Positions 43,030-51,461 of a stretch of 64,000 bases of DNA are shown here, piece by piece. Position 1 is the stretch's first letter. Every line of letters begins with the position of its first letter. The stretch is from Patescibacteria group bacterium. GTDB taxonomy: Bacteria > Patescibacteriota > Patescibacteriia > 2-12-FULL-60-25. Location: contig JBGSVN010000024.1 of the NCBI GenBank assembly GCA_041752935.1, positions 32,262 to 96,261 of the forward strand. The letters are read 5' to 3'. A model generated the notes under the pieces. That model worked only from the letters and a program-made list of their open reading frames with translations, was not told the origin of the DNA and did not search any database. Position numbers and translations under genes: made by a program.

Positions 43030-43659
43030 ATGGCAAGAATGCAAACATCATCCTGTAAAATATGTCGCCGAGAGGGGGCTAAGTTAATGTTGAAAGGCGC
43101 GCGTTGCGTTAGTTCCAAATGCGCTTTCACTCGACGCCCTTATGCTCCGGGTGTGCATGGCACAGGCAGACCCCCGAGAATTACGGATTACGGCAAGCAA
43201 TTGCGTGAAAAACAAAAGGCTAAAAGGTTATATGGCTTATCTGAAACTCAGTTTGCCAATTATTTTGAATCAGCGGTTAAGATGAAGGGTGATTCAGGAG
43301 TGAATTTGATCAATCTTTTGGAGACTAGATTGGATAATGTGGTTTTTAGATCCGGGTTTGCCAAAAGCAGGGCCGCGGCCAGACAAATTGTGTCGCACGC
43401 TCAAGTTAACGTAAACGGTAAAAAGGTTAATATTCCATCATTTAAGGTTAAAGTCGGTGATATTATCAAGGTTCAAGATCGCAAAAAAGAGGGATCGTTG
43501 TGGAAGAATCTGTCTGAAGACATGAAGGCTTATGAGTGCCCATCTTGGATGACGGCCGATTATTCGGGTTTGGAGATAAAGATTACGGGTAAACCGACGG
43601 CGGAAGAATTAAAACAGATTTTTGAACCTAAACTCATTATTGAATATTATTCGCGCTAA
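43030..43659 (+). CDS. rpsD: 30S ribosomal protein S4
   Basis: CKICRREGAKLMLKGARC, DYGKQLREKQKAKRLYG and the S4 domain RLDNVVFRSGFAKSRAAARQIVSHAQVNVNGKKVNIPSF. Confidence 0.96.
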   Translation: MARMQTSSCKICRREGAKLMLKGARCVSSKCAFTRRPYAPGVHGTGRPPRITDYGKQLREKQKAKRLYGLSETQFANYFESAVKMKGDSGVNLINLLETRLDNVVFRSGFAKSRAAARQIVSHAQVNVNGKKVNIPSFKVKVGDIIKVQDRKKEGSLWKNLSEDMKAYECPSWMTADYSGLEIKITGKPTAEELKQIFEPKLIIEYYSR

Positions 43660-43673
43660 CGCGCCCGAACCTT

Positions 43674-44372
43674 ATGGAGTCTCTTCTTCTTCCCACAAAA
43701 ATACAATTCAACCAAGGTGAACGCCCGCATGAGGGTGTTCTTATCGTGGAGCCCTGTACTCCTGGCTATGGCACAACCTTGGGCAATGCTTTACGCAGAG
43801 TTCTGTTGTCGTCTTTGCCCGGCGCGGCTGTAACAGCAGTCAAAATAAGAGGTGTGGATCATGAGTTTTCTACCATTCCTCACGTGAAAGAAGATGTTCT
43901 GGAGATTATCATGAATTTAAAGGCTTTGCGCATGAAGTTGCATTCCGAAGAGCCGGTTAAATTAAGCTTGAACGTTAAAGGTGAAGTTGAGGTTAAAGCG
44001 GCGGCATTTGAAAAGAATGCGGACGTGGAAATCGTTAATTCAGATTTGGTGATCGCAACTTTAACCGATAAACAGGCTAATTTGGAAATGGAAATCACGA
44101 TTGGTCCGGGCAGAGGTTATCGTTCCACCGAAGAAAGACAAAAAGAAAAATTGGATTTGGGCGTTATCGGTATCGATGCCTTGTACAGCCCTGTGCTTAA
44201 CGTGTCTTATCAAGTGGAAGCAACGCGTGTGGGCGATAAGACGGATTATGATAAGCTGGTTTTATCGGTAGAGACTGACGGTTCAATAGATGCTTTGGAG
44301 GCTTGCAATCACGCTGTTAATATACTTCTTGATCATTTTAACTTATTGAAGGATCTGAAGTACGAAGAATAA
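43674..44372 (+). CDS. rpoA: DNA-directed RNA polymerase alpha subunit, N-terminal domain only (no alpha-CTD)
   Basis: GYGTTLGNALRRVLLSSLPGAAVTAVKIRGVDHEFSTIPHVKEDVLEIIMNLK... It ends at aa 232, shortly after the NTD, and the rplQ ATG follows 4 nt after the stop. Confidence 0.9.
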   Translation: MESLLLPTKIQFNQGERPHEGVLIVEPCTPGYGTTLGNALRRVLLSSLPGAAVTAVKIRGVDHEFSTIPHVKEDVLEIIMNLKALRMKLHSEEPVKLSLNVKGEVEVKAAAFEKNADVEIVNSDLVIATLTDKQANLEMEITIGPGRGYRSTEERQKEKLDLGVIGIDALYSPVLNVSYQVEATRVGDKTDYDKLVLSVETDGSIDALEACNHAVNILLDHFNLLKDLKYEE

Positions 44373-44375
44373 TTT

Positions 44376-44732
44376 ATGAGACATCAACGCAAAGGAAAAA
44401 CCCTAGATCGGAATAGTACCGCCAGAAGAGCCCTGCTTCGCAACTTGGCCACTTCTTTGATTTTGCATGAACATGTGAATACCACTCTGGCCAAAGCCAA
44501 GGCTGTAAAGCCGGTGGTTGAGAAGTTGATCACTACCGGGAAACAAAAAACTTTAACCTCTCGCCGTAAATTAGCCTCTTATATAACCATTGAGAGTGCG
44601 GTTAATAAAGTTTTGGAAGAACTGGGTCCCAGATACGCGGAACGCAAGGGTGGTTATTTACGCATCATTAAGCTTGGTCAACGCCAAGGAGATGGTGCTG
44701 AGATAGCTCAAATTCAATTTGTTAACGACTAG
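44376..44732 (+). CDS. rplQ: 50S ribosomal protein L17
   Basis: MRHQRKGKTLDRNSTARRALLRNLATSLILHEHVNTTLAKAK. Confidence 0.96.
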   Translation: MRHQRKGKTLDRNSTARRALLRNLATSLILHEHVNTTLAKAKAVKPVVEKLITTGKQKTLTSRRKLASYITIESAVNKVLEELGPRYAERKGGYLRIIKLGQRQGDGAEIAQIQFVND

Positions 44733-44738
44733 AATAAT

Positions 44739-45122
44739 ATGCCATGGAAGAAAAGACCCGGTATCAAAACCGTAGAACGTAAGACGATTGAGGTGGACGC
44801 AGCCAGCAAGCCGGTGGGGCGTTTGGCTACTCAAATCGCCATGATTTTAATGGGCAAACACAGGCCTGACTACGAACCTCATACGGATATGGGTGATCGT
44901 GTTTTAGTCAAGAATGTTAAAGATTTGATTTTTACCGGTAAAAAATGGGATCAGAAAAAATATTTTAGAACTTCCAATCGGCCGGGCGGACTCAAAGAAA
45001 CGCCGGTTAAAGTTTTGCGTGAAAAAGCTCCGGATGAAATCATCAAGCATGCGGTCAAATATATGTTGCCTAAGAATAAAACGCAGGCTTTACGTATGAA
45101 GCGCTTAACTTTTGAGAAATAA
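44739..45122 (+). CDS. rplM: 50S ribosomal protein L13
   Basis: VDAASKPVGRLATQIAMILMGKHRPDYEPHTDMGDRVLVKN...MLPKN. Confidence 0.95.
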   Translation: MPWKKRPGIKTVERKTIEVDAASKPVGRLATQIAMILMGKHRPDYEPHTDMGDRVLVKNVKDLIFTGKKWDQKKYFRTSNRPGGLKETPVKVLREKAPDEIIKHAVKYMLPKNKTQALRMKRLTFEK

Positions 45123-45123
45123 T

Positions 45124-45726
45124 ATGACAGAACCCAAGAAAAAAGAAATGGAAAAAGAAGTACTGGACAAAGCTGAGGCTAAAACGGTCAAAGCCAAGAA
45201 AGAGGTTAAGCCTAAAACAGTGAAAGCGGTTAAGAAAGCTCCGGCCAAAAAAGAACCTGTGGCCACGGAAGAAGCTAAAGCTACTACCTTAGCGGTTGAA
45301 AATGATCAACAAGCGGCGGCAAAAAATGCCAAAGGCGGTTCTTTTATTCCTTCGGTAGGCAGACGCAAAAGAGCGATTGCACGCGTAAGATTGATCAAGA
45401 ACGGCAAAGGTACGGTTAGCGTAAACGGCAAGACCATGGAAGAGTATTTCACGACTTATGATTTGAGGACTCAAGTGGTGGCGCCTTTAAAGGCTGTTGG
45501 CCAGGATACGGCGGTTGACGTGAGTGTTAAGGTTGTTGGAGGAGGTATCCGCGGACAAGCCGAGGCCATACGTCACGGCATCGCCAGATCCTTAATTGTT
45601 TTAAATCCGACTTTTAGAAAGACTTTGAAAAAGTTAGGCTACTTAAGCCGTGACCCTCGCCAAAAAGAACGCAAGAAGTTTGGTCTCAAAGGAGCTCGCA
45701 GGGCCCCGCAGTGGTCAAAGCGTTAG
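45124..45726 (+). CDS. rpsI: 30S ribosomal protein S9 with a ~70-aa Lys/Ala-rich N-terminal extension
   Basis: The S9 core is GRRKRAIARVRL...GGGIRGQAEAIRHGIARSL...SRDPRQKERKKFGLKGARRAPQWSKR. It is preceded by KKKEMEKEVLDKAEAKTVKAKKEVKPKTVKAVKKAPAKK. Confidence 0.93.
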   Translation: MTEPKKKEMEKEVLDKAEAKTVKAKKEVKPKTVKAVKKAPAKKEPVATEEAKATTLAVENDQQAAAKNAKGGSFIPSVGRRKRAIARVRLIKNGKGTVSVNGKTMEEYFTTYDLRTQVVAPLKAVGQDTAVDVSVKVVGGGIRGQAEAIRHGIARSLIVLNPTFRKTLKKLGYLSRDPRQKERKKFGLKGARRAPQWSKR

Positions 45727-45770
45727 ACCCTAAGCTCCACAGTCGCATTCAACCCCCTTTTATCGGGCAA

Positions 45771-45805
45771 AACTCCCTGGCTAACCCCAGGGAGTTTTTG
45801 TTTTC
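45771..45805 (+). terminator. intrinsic terminator of the rplM-rpsI unit, marking the last host-like sequence
   Basis: AACTCCCTGG-CTAACC-CCAGGGAGTT followed by TTTGTTTT. The composition changes immediately downstream. Confidence 0.8.
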
Positions 45806-45906
45806 CTGGGCCGATTTATGTAGATGTGCTCCCTCCTCGCAAGGTCGAGCCGTGCCGGCGGTCAATCCGGTTGAGGACTCAATTCATTCTTAGAGGACAC
45901 ATCTAT

Positions 45907-46743
45907 ATGCTCAAAATCATCAATACCGGCGATCCGTCGGTTAAGCCGCCCCTCGTCATGCTTGTGTACGGGGAAGGCGGGGTAGGGAAGTCGACGTTCG
46001 CCGCAACGGCTCCAAAGCCGCTCATGGCGGACTGCGAGAACGGTTCGAAGTATTTCGGTCTGCGCGGCATCAAGCTCGACGTTGCTCATATCGAGAAATG
46101 GTCAGACATGCGCGAGTACACCGAAGCCCTCAAAAAAGAGGGGTACGAAACAGCGGTTATCGATCCCATCGGGGAACTCATGGAAAAGCTCATGCGCCAC
46201 ATGGTGGCCATCGGGGACTCCAAGCTCATTCAGAAAGACGGCTCTCCCAGCCAAGCTGGTTGGGGATGGCTCCGTAAGACGATGCGCGATTATGTGAAGG
46301 TGCTCCGGGACTCCGGCATGCACGTTCTTTTGGTCGCTCACGTGGATGACAAGCCTGACGAAGATCGGGTTCTTTTGCGTCCGCTCATCACGACCAAAGT
46401 TTCGAAGGACATCGTCAACATGGTCGACGTGGTCGGGTACATGACTGTCGTGCAAACGGCTGACGGCGAATCCAAGCGGGTTATTTTCGTCGACCCTTCA
46501 TCGGACAAGTTTACGGCCAAAGATCGCACGGGCCAGCTCGGAAAAATCATCGAGCCGGATTTCTCGAAGATCATCAAAGCCGTTCATGGCACTGCGAACT
46601 ACGCGTGGTCTAAGAAGCCAGTCGAGGAACCAAAGGCCGAAGCTCCAGCCGAAGCGGTTCGCCCGCCTCAGCGCACGAAACCAGTCGTCGACCCTAATTC
46701 AGCCTTTGAAGCTGCGCGATCCAAAGTCGCCGCAGCGGTCTAA
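45907..46743 (+). CDS. Sak4-like / RecA-fold phage AAA ATPase (recombination module)
   Basis: LVMLVYGEGGVGKSTFAA (Walker A) and HVLLVAHVDD (Walker B-like). The size and first-in-module position are typical of phage Sak4-type proteins. Confidence 0.65.
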   Translation: MLKIINTGDPSVKPPLVMLVYGEGGVGKSTFAATAPKPLMADCENGSKYFGLRGIKLDVAHIEKWSDMREYTEALKKEGYETAVIDPIGELMEKLMRHMVAIGDSKLIQKDGSPSQAGWGWLRKTMRDYVKVLRDSGMHVLLVAHVDDKPDEDRVLLRPLITTKVSKDIVNMVDVVGYMTVVQTADGESKRVIFVDPSSDKFTAKDRTGQLGKIIEPDFSKIIKAVHGTANYAWSKKPVEEPKAEAPAEAVRPPQRTKPVVDPNSAFEAARSKVAAAV

Positions 46744-46747
46744 TCAT

Positions 46748-47527
46748 ATGGCTGAAAAAATCATCGAGAAGCTGTACGACGGTAACGTATCGCTCGAATT
46801 CTTACCCGACTCCCATCGATATCGCATCGAGGGATCGAAAGAATATCTGCCATCAGTTACCGCTTGCACGGGAATCGTCGACAAGTCGCGTGTGCTTATT
46901 CCATGGGCAGTCGGTTTGGCTGAAAAGCACATTCGCGCATTCCTTGAATCCAACACCGGACCGTTTTCCATTGAGGAGATCATTCCGGTTATCGAAGAGG
47001 CGACGCGCCAACATCAGCTGAAGAAGGAAGAAGCCGCATCCATTGGTGGCATGGTTCACGCGTACGCCGAGGCGTTCGCTCTGGCCGTCATCGGGAAGAA
47101 GGATGTGCCGGAGGTTCCAGAGGACGCGGACGAACGTGTACGCGCCGGAATCAATGCATTCCTGAATTGGTTTGTCTCAAACGACGTGCAGTTCCTGCAC
47201 GCCGAGAAACTTGTCTATTCTCCCACCCATGGTTTCGCCGGACTGGTCGATGCCGTGGCGAACGTGAATGGTCAGCGCACGCTTATCGATTACAAAACGT
47301 CCAAAGGTGTCTATACCGAAATGCGTTATCAGGTCGCCGCGTATTGTCTCGCATTCGAAGAGGAATACGGCAAGTGTTTGGATGGAGCCCTGATTTTGCA
47401 CTTCGATAAAGAAACGGGCATTTGTAATCCGCACCCTCTTGCCCAGGACGAACTTGTGAAAGATTCCTCCGCCTTCCTCGCATGTCTCGCACTTAAGAAA
47501 CGTGAACGCGAATTAGCCAAAGCCTGA
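46748..47527 (+). CDS. PD-(D/E)XK family exonuclease (phage RecB/Cas4-like)
   Basis: GFAGLVDAV...TLIDYKTSKGVY is a D...(D/E)xK core. The gene is adjacent to the Sak4-like ATPase. Confidence 0.6.
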   Translation: MAEKIIEKLYDGNVSLEFLPDSHRYRIEGSKEYLPSVTACTGIVDKSRVLIPWAVGLAEKHIRAFLESNTGPFSIEEIIPVIEEATRQHQLKKEEAASIGGMVHAYAEAFALAVIGKKDVPEVPEDADERVRAGINAFLNWFVSNDVQFLHAEKLVYSPTHGFAGLVDAVANVNGQRTLIDYKTSKGVYTEMRYQVAAYCLAFEEEYGKCLDGALILHFDKETGICNPHPLAQDELVKDSSAFLACLALKKRERELAKA

Positions 47528-47528
47528 T

Positions 47529-47804
47529 ATGGAAAAGATCTACACATACGATGACCTTCAGGCGAAGGCGCATTCCCTCTCCATGTCACTAGCAAAAGAT
47601 GGCGAGCTGTTCAAAGCGACGATCATGCAGACCGCATCTTCAATTCTTGCAAATGAAGAAGTGGGTGACAGATACGGTAAGACTCAGCTTAGTCAGACAA
47701 TTGCAATTCTCGAGTGGAGAAAGGCGATTGAGGGAGCTAAGGATTCCCTCATCGTTGAGCTTGAGGATACCAATTCTGATTCACTCGCTGACGAGACGTT
47801 CTAA
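47529..47804 (+). CDS. phage hypothetical protein
   Basis: 91-aa ORF whose ATG lies 1 nt after the upstream stop. Same strand and tight packing. Confidence 0.5.
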   Translation: MEKIYTYDDLQAKAHSLSMSLAKDGELFKATIMQTASSILANEEVGDRYGKTQLSQTIAILEWRKAIEGAKDSLIVELEDTNSDSLADETF

Positions 47805-47816
47805 CCCTCCAACCCT

Positions 47817-48062
47817 ATGTCACGAAAAATCGGAGCCTTATGGCTCAAAGAAACCAAGGACGGGAAAAAGTATTTCTCTGGCGTGCTTGAAGATATGCGC
47901 GGCGAAATCCGCATCGCTGTCTTCAAGAATGATCGCAAGGAGAAAGAAAATCAGCCGGACTATCAAATCATTGTTTCCGAGGAACGGCGGGAACAGCGCG
48001 AGTCGTCTGATCAGACATCCCAGGCGACCGACCAGGTCAATTTGGATGACATCCCGTTTTGA
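47817..48062 (+). CDS. compact ssDNA-binding-like protein (DUF736-like N-terminus) ending in the SSB C-terminal tip motif DDIPF
   Basis: The N-terminus is IGALWLKETKDGKKYFSGVLE...IRIAVFKNDRKEKENQPDYQIIV. An acidic linker follows, and the terminal ...NLDDIPF* compares with the bacterial SSB tip D-D-D-I-P-F. Confidence 0.5.
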   Translation: MSRKIGALWLKETKDGKKYFSGVLEDMRGEIRIAVFKNDRKEKENQPDYQIIVSEERREQRESSDQTSQATDQVNLDDIPF

Positions 48063-48067
48063 TCCGT

Positions 48068-48352
48068 ATGCATGAACAACCCGCATACGCACCACGTCCG
48101 CAGGCGGCACCGTCCCGCCGCCTCGGACGAACGGAACAGGCGGGTAACGTCCGTCTGATGCAGAAACGCAAAGCGGGGCAGATCCGCTCCCTCGACTGGG
48201 TCTTGAACGTGGTCGAACGGATGCGCGTGCGAGAGAAGAGCGATTTTGCCCGTACGGCATTCGAGGACGTGATTCGTACTGTTTCACGCCAACGCGAAAG
48301 AGAAATCCGCGACTTGGCCACGCTAGACGAAGCCGAGCGTGAACTAGCCTGA
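48068..48352 (+). CDS. phage hypothetical protein (Arg-rich)
   Basis: ORF in the same-strand array. The start is ambiguous (48059 or 48068). Confidence 0.4.
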   Translation: MHEQPAYAPRPQAAPSRRLGRTEQAGNVRLMQKRKAGQIRSLDWVLNVVERMRVREKSDFARTAFEDVIRTVSRQREREIRDLATLDEAERELA

Positions 48353-48359
48353 CCCACAT

Positions 48360-48998
48360 ATGGGAAAAGTGTCGTATCCCTTCGCCGCATTACCCAACCA
48401 AATCTGTCGCGGAGGCCATGGTCCGGTTCATATCGCCGTACTGGCAATCCTGCTCAGTCACGGCCGGACTTCGGCTTCCGCGCAGACACTGGCGCGTGAG
48501 ATCGGATGCGACCGCAAGAGCGTTTTCAAATCTTTGAAATACTGGCGCGAGGAAGGTCCCAAGTTCGGGATACATCTTCGGACCGGGGAACGTAAGGGTT
48601 GTACCACCGTGATCGAGGTCGACATCGTTACATGCCACACCAGTACCGAAAACGGTACTGACAACCATGTGGATAACGGAAATGAGCCGTACCGAAAACA
48701 GAACGCGGCAATACCGCAAACGGAACGGGCACCCGTACCGAAAACGGCACACAAAGAAGAACCCGTAAGAAGACCCCTGAAGAATTACCCCCTACCCCCT
48801 CAAGGGGGAGTGTTGACTCCATTCGTGCCAAGGCAAAGACGCTCACGCGAAGATCCGAAACAAAAGAAGCCACGACCGTATCTCGAGGGTGACCTCGCGC
48901 ACCTCGACGAATCACGCGGAGTCTGGCGAGTCAGAATCCACACCGGAGAGTGGGTCGACTACGGCGGCAACGTAAAGCAGAACCTCATCTGGAAATGA
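48360..48998 (+). CDS. winged-helix/HTH DNA-binding protein (possible replication initiator or regulator)
   Basis: The N-terminal ~80 aa (ILLSHGRTSASAQTLAREIGCDRKSVFKSLKYWREEG) look like a wHTH. The rest is low-complexity. Confidence 0.5.
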   Translation: MGKVSYPFAALPNQICRGGHGPVHIAVLAILLSHGRTSASAQTLAREIGCDRKSVFKSLKYWREEGPKFGIHLRTGERKGCTTVIEVDIVTCHTSTENGTDNHVDNGNEPYRKQNAAIPQTERAPVPKTAHKEEPVRRPLKNYPLPPQGGVLTPFVPRQRRSREDPKQKKPRPYLEGDLAHLDESRGVWRVRIHTGEWVDYGGNVKQNLIWK

Positions 48999-49192
48999 CT
49001 ATGCGAACCGCCACGAAAGAAATTCATGCAGTCGCCAGCGAGCACGACTATCGACCACCGACTCAAAGCCAGCGGTTACGTTCCACGCTCTACCGTCTCT
49101 GGGAAAGATCCGGAACAGACACCACGTTTGACGATTGGTACCGAGACCGGATGGACCGAATCATCTCGCGCTTGCAGCGATTGCTCGATTGA
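48995..49192 (+). CDS. phage hypothetical protein
   Basis: An ATGA overlap joins it to the upstream stop. 65 aa. Confidence 0.4.
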   Translation: MTMRTATKEIHAVASEHDYRPPTQSQRLRSTLYRLWERSGTDTTFDDWYRDRMDRIISRLQRLLD

Positions 49193-49206
49193 ACGTTTCA
49201 CAACCT

Positions 49207-49386
49207 ATGCCGATTGAAATCGTCGCACACTTCCGGACGAAGGACAGCGCCGATAGGTTCGCCGAGAGCGCGAACAAACGGCACTTCGAATCCATCGCGG
49301 TTGAACGGCGAAGGAGTGACGACCTTTGGGAAGTCAGGCTCGTCCCGAAGCGAAAGCTTCGCGTATTCAGACTTCCAACTACATGA
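49207..49386 (+). CDS. phage hypothetical protein
   Basis: 59-aa ORF (MPIEIVAHFRTKDSADRFAESANKRHFESIAVERRR...). Confidence 0.4.
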   Translation: MPIEIVAHFRTKDSADRFAESANKRHFESIAVERRRSDDLWEVRLVPKRKLRVFRLPTT

Positions 49387-49390
49387 ACCC

Positions 49391-49834
49391 ATGCTCATTA
49401 AACCGAAATCAGAAAACATCGATGCCCTGTCGATCATCGTCATGGCTGAGGATGGCCGCGCTTTCGTTCTACGGCGGAGGCGCGGTGCGGCCCACGTGAC
49501 CTTGGAAGACATGCGCCGCTGGGCCGAGAAGCGATTGTGGCTCGCTGACGGCGTACCGGACCGCATGACAGGACTCATTCAAAATCTTGGAGAAGCGTAT
49601 GAACAATATCTCTACTGCAAGTCACAAGAGTTAGAGATCTCAGCCGATCAATGGTTGAACGTCTCAGACAAGCTTGCCGGCCAGCTGTCAGACATCATTG
49701 AGCGCGGGACCAAGATGCCGGAAGTGGTCACCGTCTACGTTCCGAACCGAGCAGCTCCCTTGCCTCCAAGTCATCGCTCCCGTCGCAATTCCAAACCGCC
49801 TGCAGCTGCCGCTCCGGTTCTCGTTCGTGGATAA
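49391..49834 (+). CDS. phage hypothetical protein
   Basis: 147-aa ORF with a Pro/Arg-rich C-terminus. No motif was recognised. Confidence 0.45.
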   Translation: MLIKPKSENIDALSIIVMAEDGRAFVLRRRRGAAHVTLEDMRRWAEKRLWLADGVPDRMTGLIQNLGEAYEQYLYCKSQELEISADQWLNVSDKLAGQLSDIIERGTKMPEVVTVYVPNRAAPLPPSHRSRRNSKPPAAAAPVLVRG

Positions 49835-49862
49835 CCAGCCAAATTTAAGACTTCGTGCGCCT

Positions 49863-50207
49863 ATGCTTGTCCGCATGAAGGAAACGGAAATCCAACGGTC
49901 CATTCTTGAGAATCTGCGCTGGCGCGGAATCCTAGCGTATCGCTGCCAGCCTGCACCCGTCCCGATCAGGAACGGGAATCGCATCGTCGGATTCCGACGC
50001 GCCGACGCATTCAATGTCGGCATGCCAGACATCGTGTGCGTGATTGCCGGGCGCTACATCGGTATCGAAGTTAAATCCGAGACGGGACGCCAACGCGCCG
50101 AACAGCTCGACTGGCAGCGCAAGATCGAGAAGGCCGGAGGGACGTATGTGCTCGCACGTTCGTGGAAAGATGTTGAACAAGCAATCCTATGCAATACAAA
50201 TCCATAA
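49863..50207 (+). CDS. VRR-NUC domain nuclease
   Basis: EIQRSILENLRWRG...GMPDIVCVIAGRYIGIEVKSETGRQRAEQLDWQRKIEKAGGTYVLARS carries the PD...E-x-K and Q..W pattern of VRR-NUC. Confidence 0.7.
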   Translation: MLVRMKETEIQRSILENLRWRGILAYRCQPAPVPIRNGNRIVGFRRADAFNVGMPDIVCVIAGRYIGIEVKSETGRQRAEQLDWQRKIEKAGGTYVLARSWKDVEQAILCNTNP

Positions 50208-51415
50208 AAATATCCGATCTCAAACCCGCCGAATATAACCTACGTTCCATTTCCGAGCGTGAACTTGCGAAGCTTACGGAATCCATCCGCACGTTCGGTT
50301 TCGTTGATCCGGTTATCGTGAACAAAGACAGAACGGTTATCGGCGGCCACCAGCGCATTAAAGCGGCGGAACGGCTTGGCATGGCTGACGTGCCGTGTAT
50401 TCGCGTGGATATTGCCAAAGATCGCGAGAAGGCATTAAACCTCGCCCTCAACCGTATTTCCGGTGAATGGGACATGGATTTGCTGGCCAAGCTCTTGCAA
50501 GAGATGGATGCGGAATCTCGTCGTTTGTCTGGCTTTGACGAATCGGAAATCACCGAGGCGCTGAACCGTTTGCTGAAGCAGCCGGTCGAAGACGAATACG
50601 ATCCGGTGCTTCCGGAGGATCCAAAGACGAAACTCGGTGATATCTACCAGATCGGCGACCACCGCTTGCTCTGCGGGGATGCCACGAATCCGGATTGCTT
50701 TATGCGCCTACTCGATGGCGTGAAGGCCGATATGTGTTTCACAGATCCGCCGTACAACATGGGGTACATGGGAGGCTCGGGCAAACGTCGCAAGGAAATT
50801 GCGAATGACAAGATGCCACGCGAAGCGTTCCTTTCGTTTCTTCGTAAGGTGATGGCGAACCTTGTCTCGAATGTTTCAGGTGCGTTTTACGTCTGCATGT
50901 CATACGGCGAGCTTCATTCGCTCTGGCAAGCGTTTACGGATGCTGGCGGGCACTGGCAGGGATACATCGTTTGGGCGAAGCAGCGCTTTACCTTGGGCGG
51001 ATCCGATTACCAACACCAATCCGAACCTATACTCCACGGACTCTCCGCCGAAGATGCGGCGAAGCTGGAAGAATCCGAAGCGGATTCCGAAGCATTGCCT
51101 ATTCTGTATGGCTGGACGCGTCATGCGTGGTATGGCGGACGCAAGCAGGGCGATGTGTGGTTTTTCGACCGTCCAATGAAGTCACCGGAGCATCCAACCA
51201 TGAAGCCGGTCCGGCTCTGCGCCAAGGCTATCGTGAATAGCTGTCCTACGGGCGGAATCGTACTTGATTCATTCGGCGGTTCAGGTTCCACGCTCATTGC
51301 CGCCGAACAGGTCGGACGGCGCTGTTTCATGATCGAAATGGATCCCGGTTACTGCGACGTCATTGTCGACCGCTGGGAGAAGTTCACAGGTAAAAAGGCA
51401 AGCAAAATCGAATGA
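50189..51415 (+). CDS. ParB-like nuclease domain fused to a DNA (N6-adenine/N4-cytosine) methyltransferase
   Basis: ParB-N is ISDLKPAEYNLRSISERELAKLTESIRTFGFVDPVIVN..IGGHQRIKAA. The MTase motif IV is FTDPPYN and motif I is VLDSFGGSGSTLIAAEQVGRRCFMIE (beta-class order). Confidence 0.85.
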   Translation: MQYKSIKISDLKPAEYNLRSISERELAKLTESIRTFGFVDPVIVNKDRTVIGGHQRIKAAERLGMADVPCIRVDIAKDREKALNLALNRISGEWDMDLLAKLLQEMDAESRRLSGFDESEITEALNRLLKQPVEDEYDPVLPEDPKTKLGDIYQIGDHRLLCGDATNPDCFMRLLDGVKADMCFTDPPYNMGYMGGSGKRRKEIANDKMPREAFLSFLRKVMANLVSNVSGAFYVCMSYGELHSLWQAFTDAGGHWQGYIVWAKQRFTLGGSDYQHQSEPILHGLSAEDAAKLEESEADSEALPILYGWTRHAWYGGRKQGDVWFFDRPMKSPEHPTMKPVRLCAKAIVNSCPTGGIVLDSFGGSGSTLIAAEQVGRRCFMIEMDPGYCDVIVDRWEKFTGKKASKIE

Positions 51416-51461
51416 TTTTAGGTTATTAGGTTTTTAACCTAGAAAACCTAGGCACTTATTT

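Noticed and set aside
45727-45906. tRNA/tmRNA integration target at the host-phage junction
   Set aside because: I looked for a GTTCGAATC-type T-arm and an acceptor-stem pattern. None is present. Only the rpsI terminator hairpin is there.
48140-48170. Hammerhead-like CUGAUG...GAAAC string (gtctgatgcagaaacgc)
   Set aside because: There is no stem II between the CUGAUGA-like and GAAA boxes, and no flanking stems I or III. It lies inside a phage ORF.
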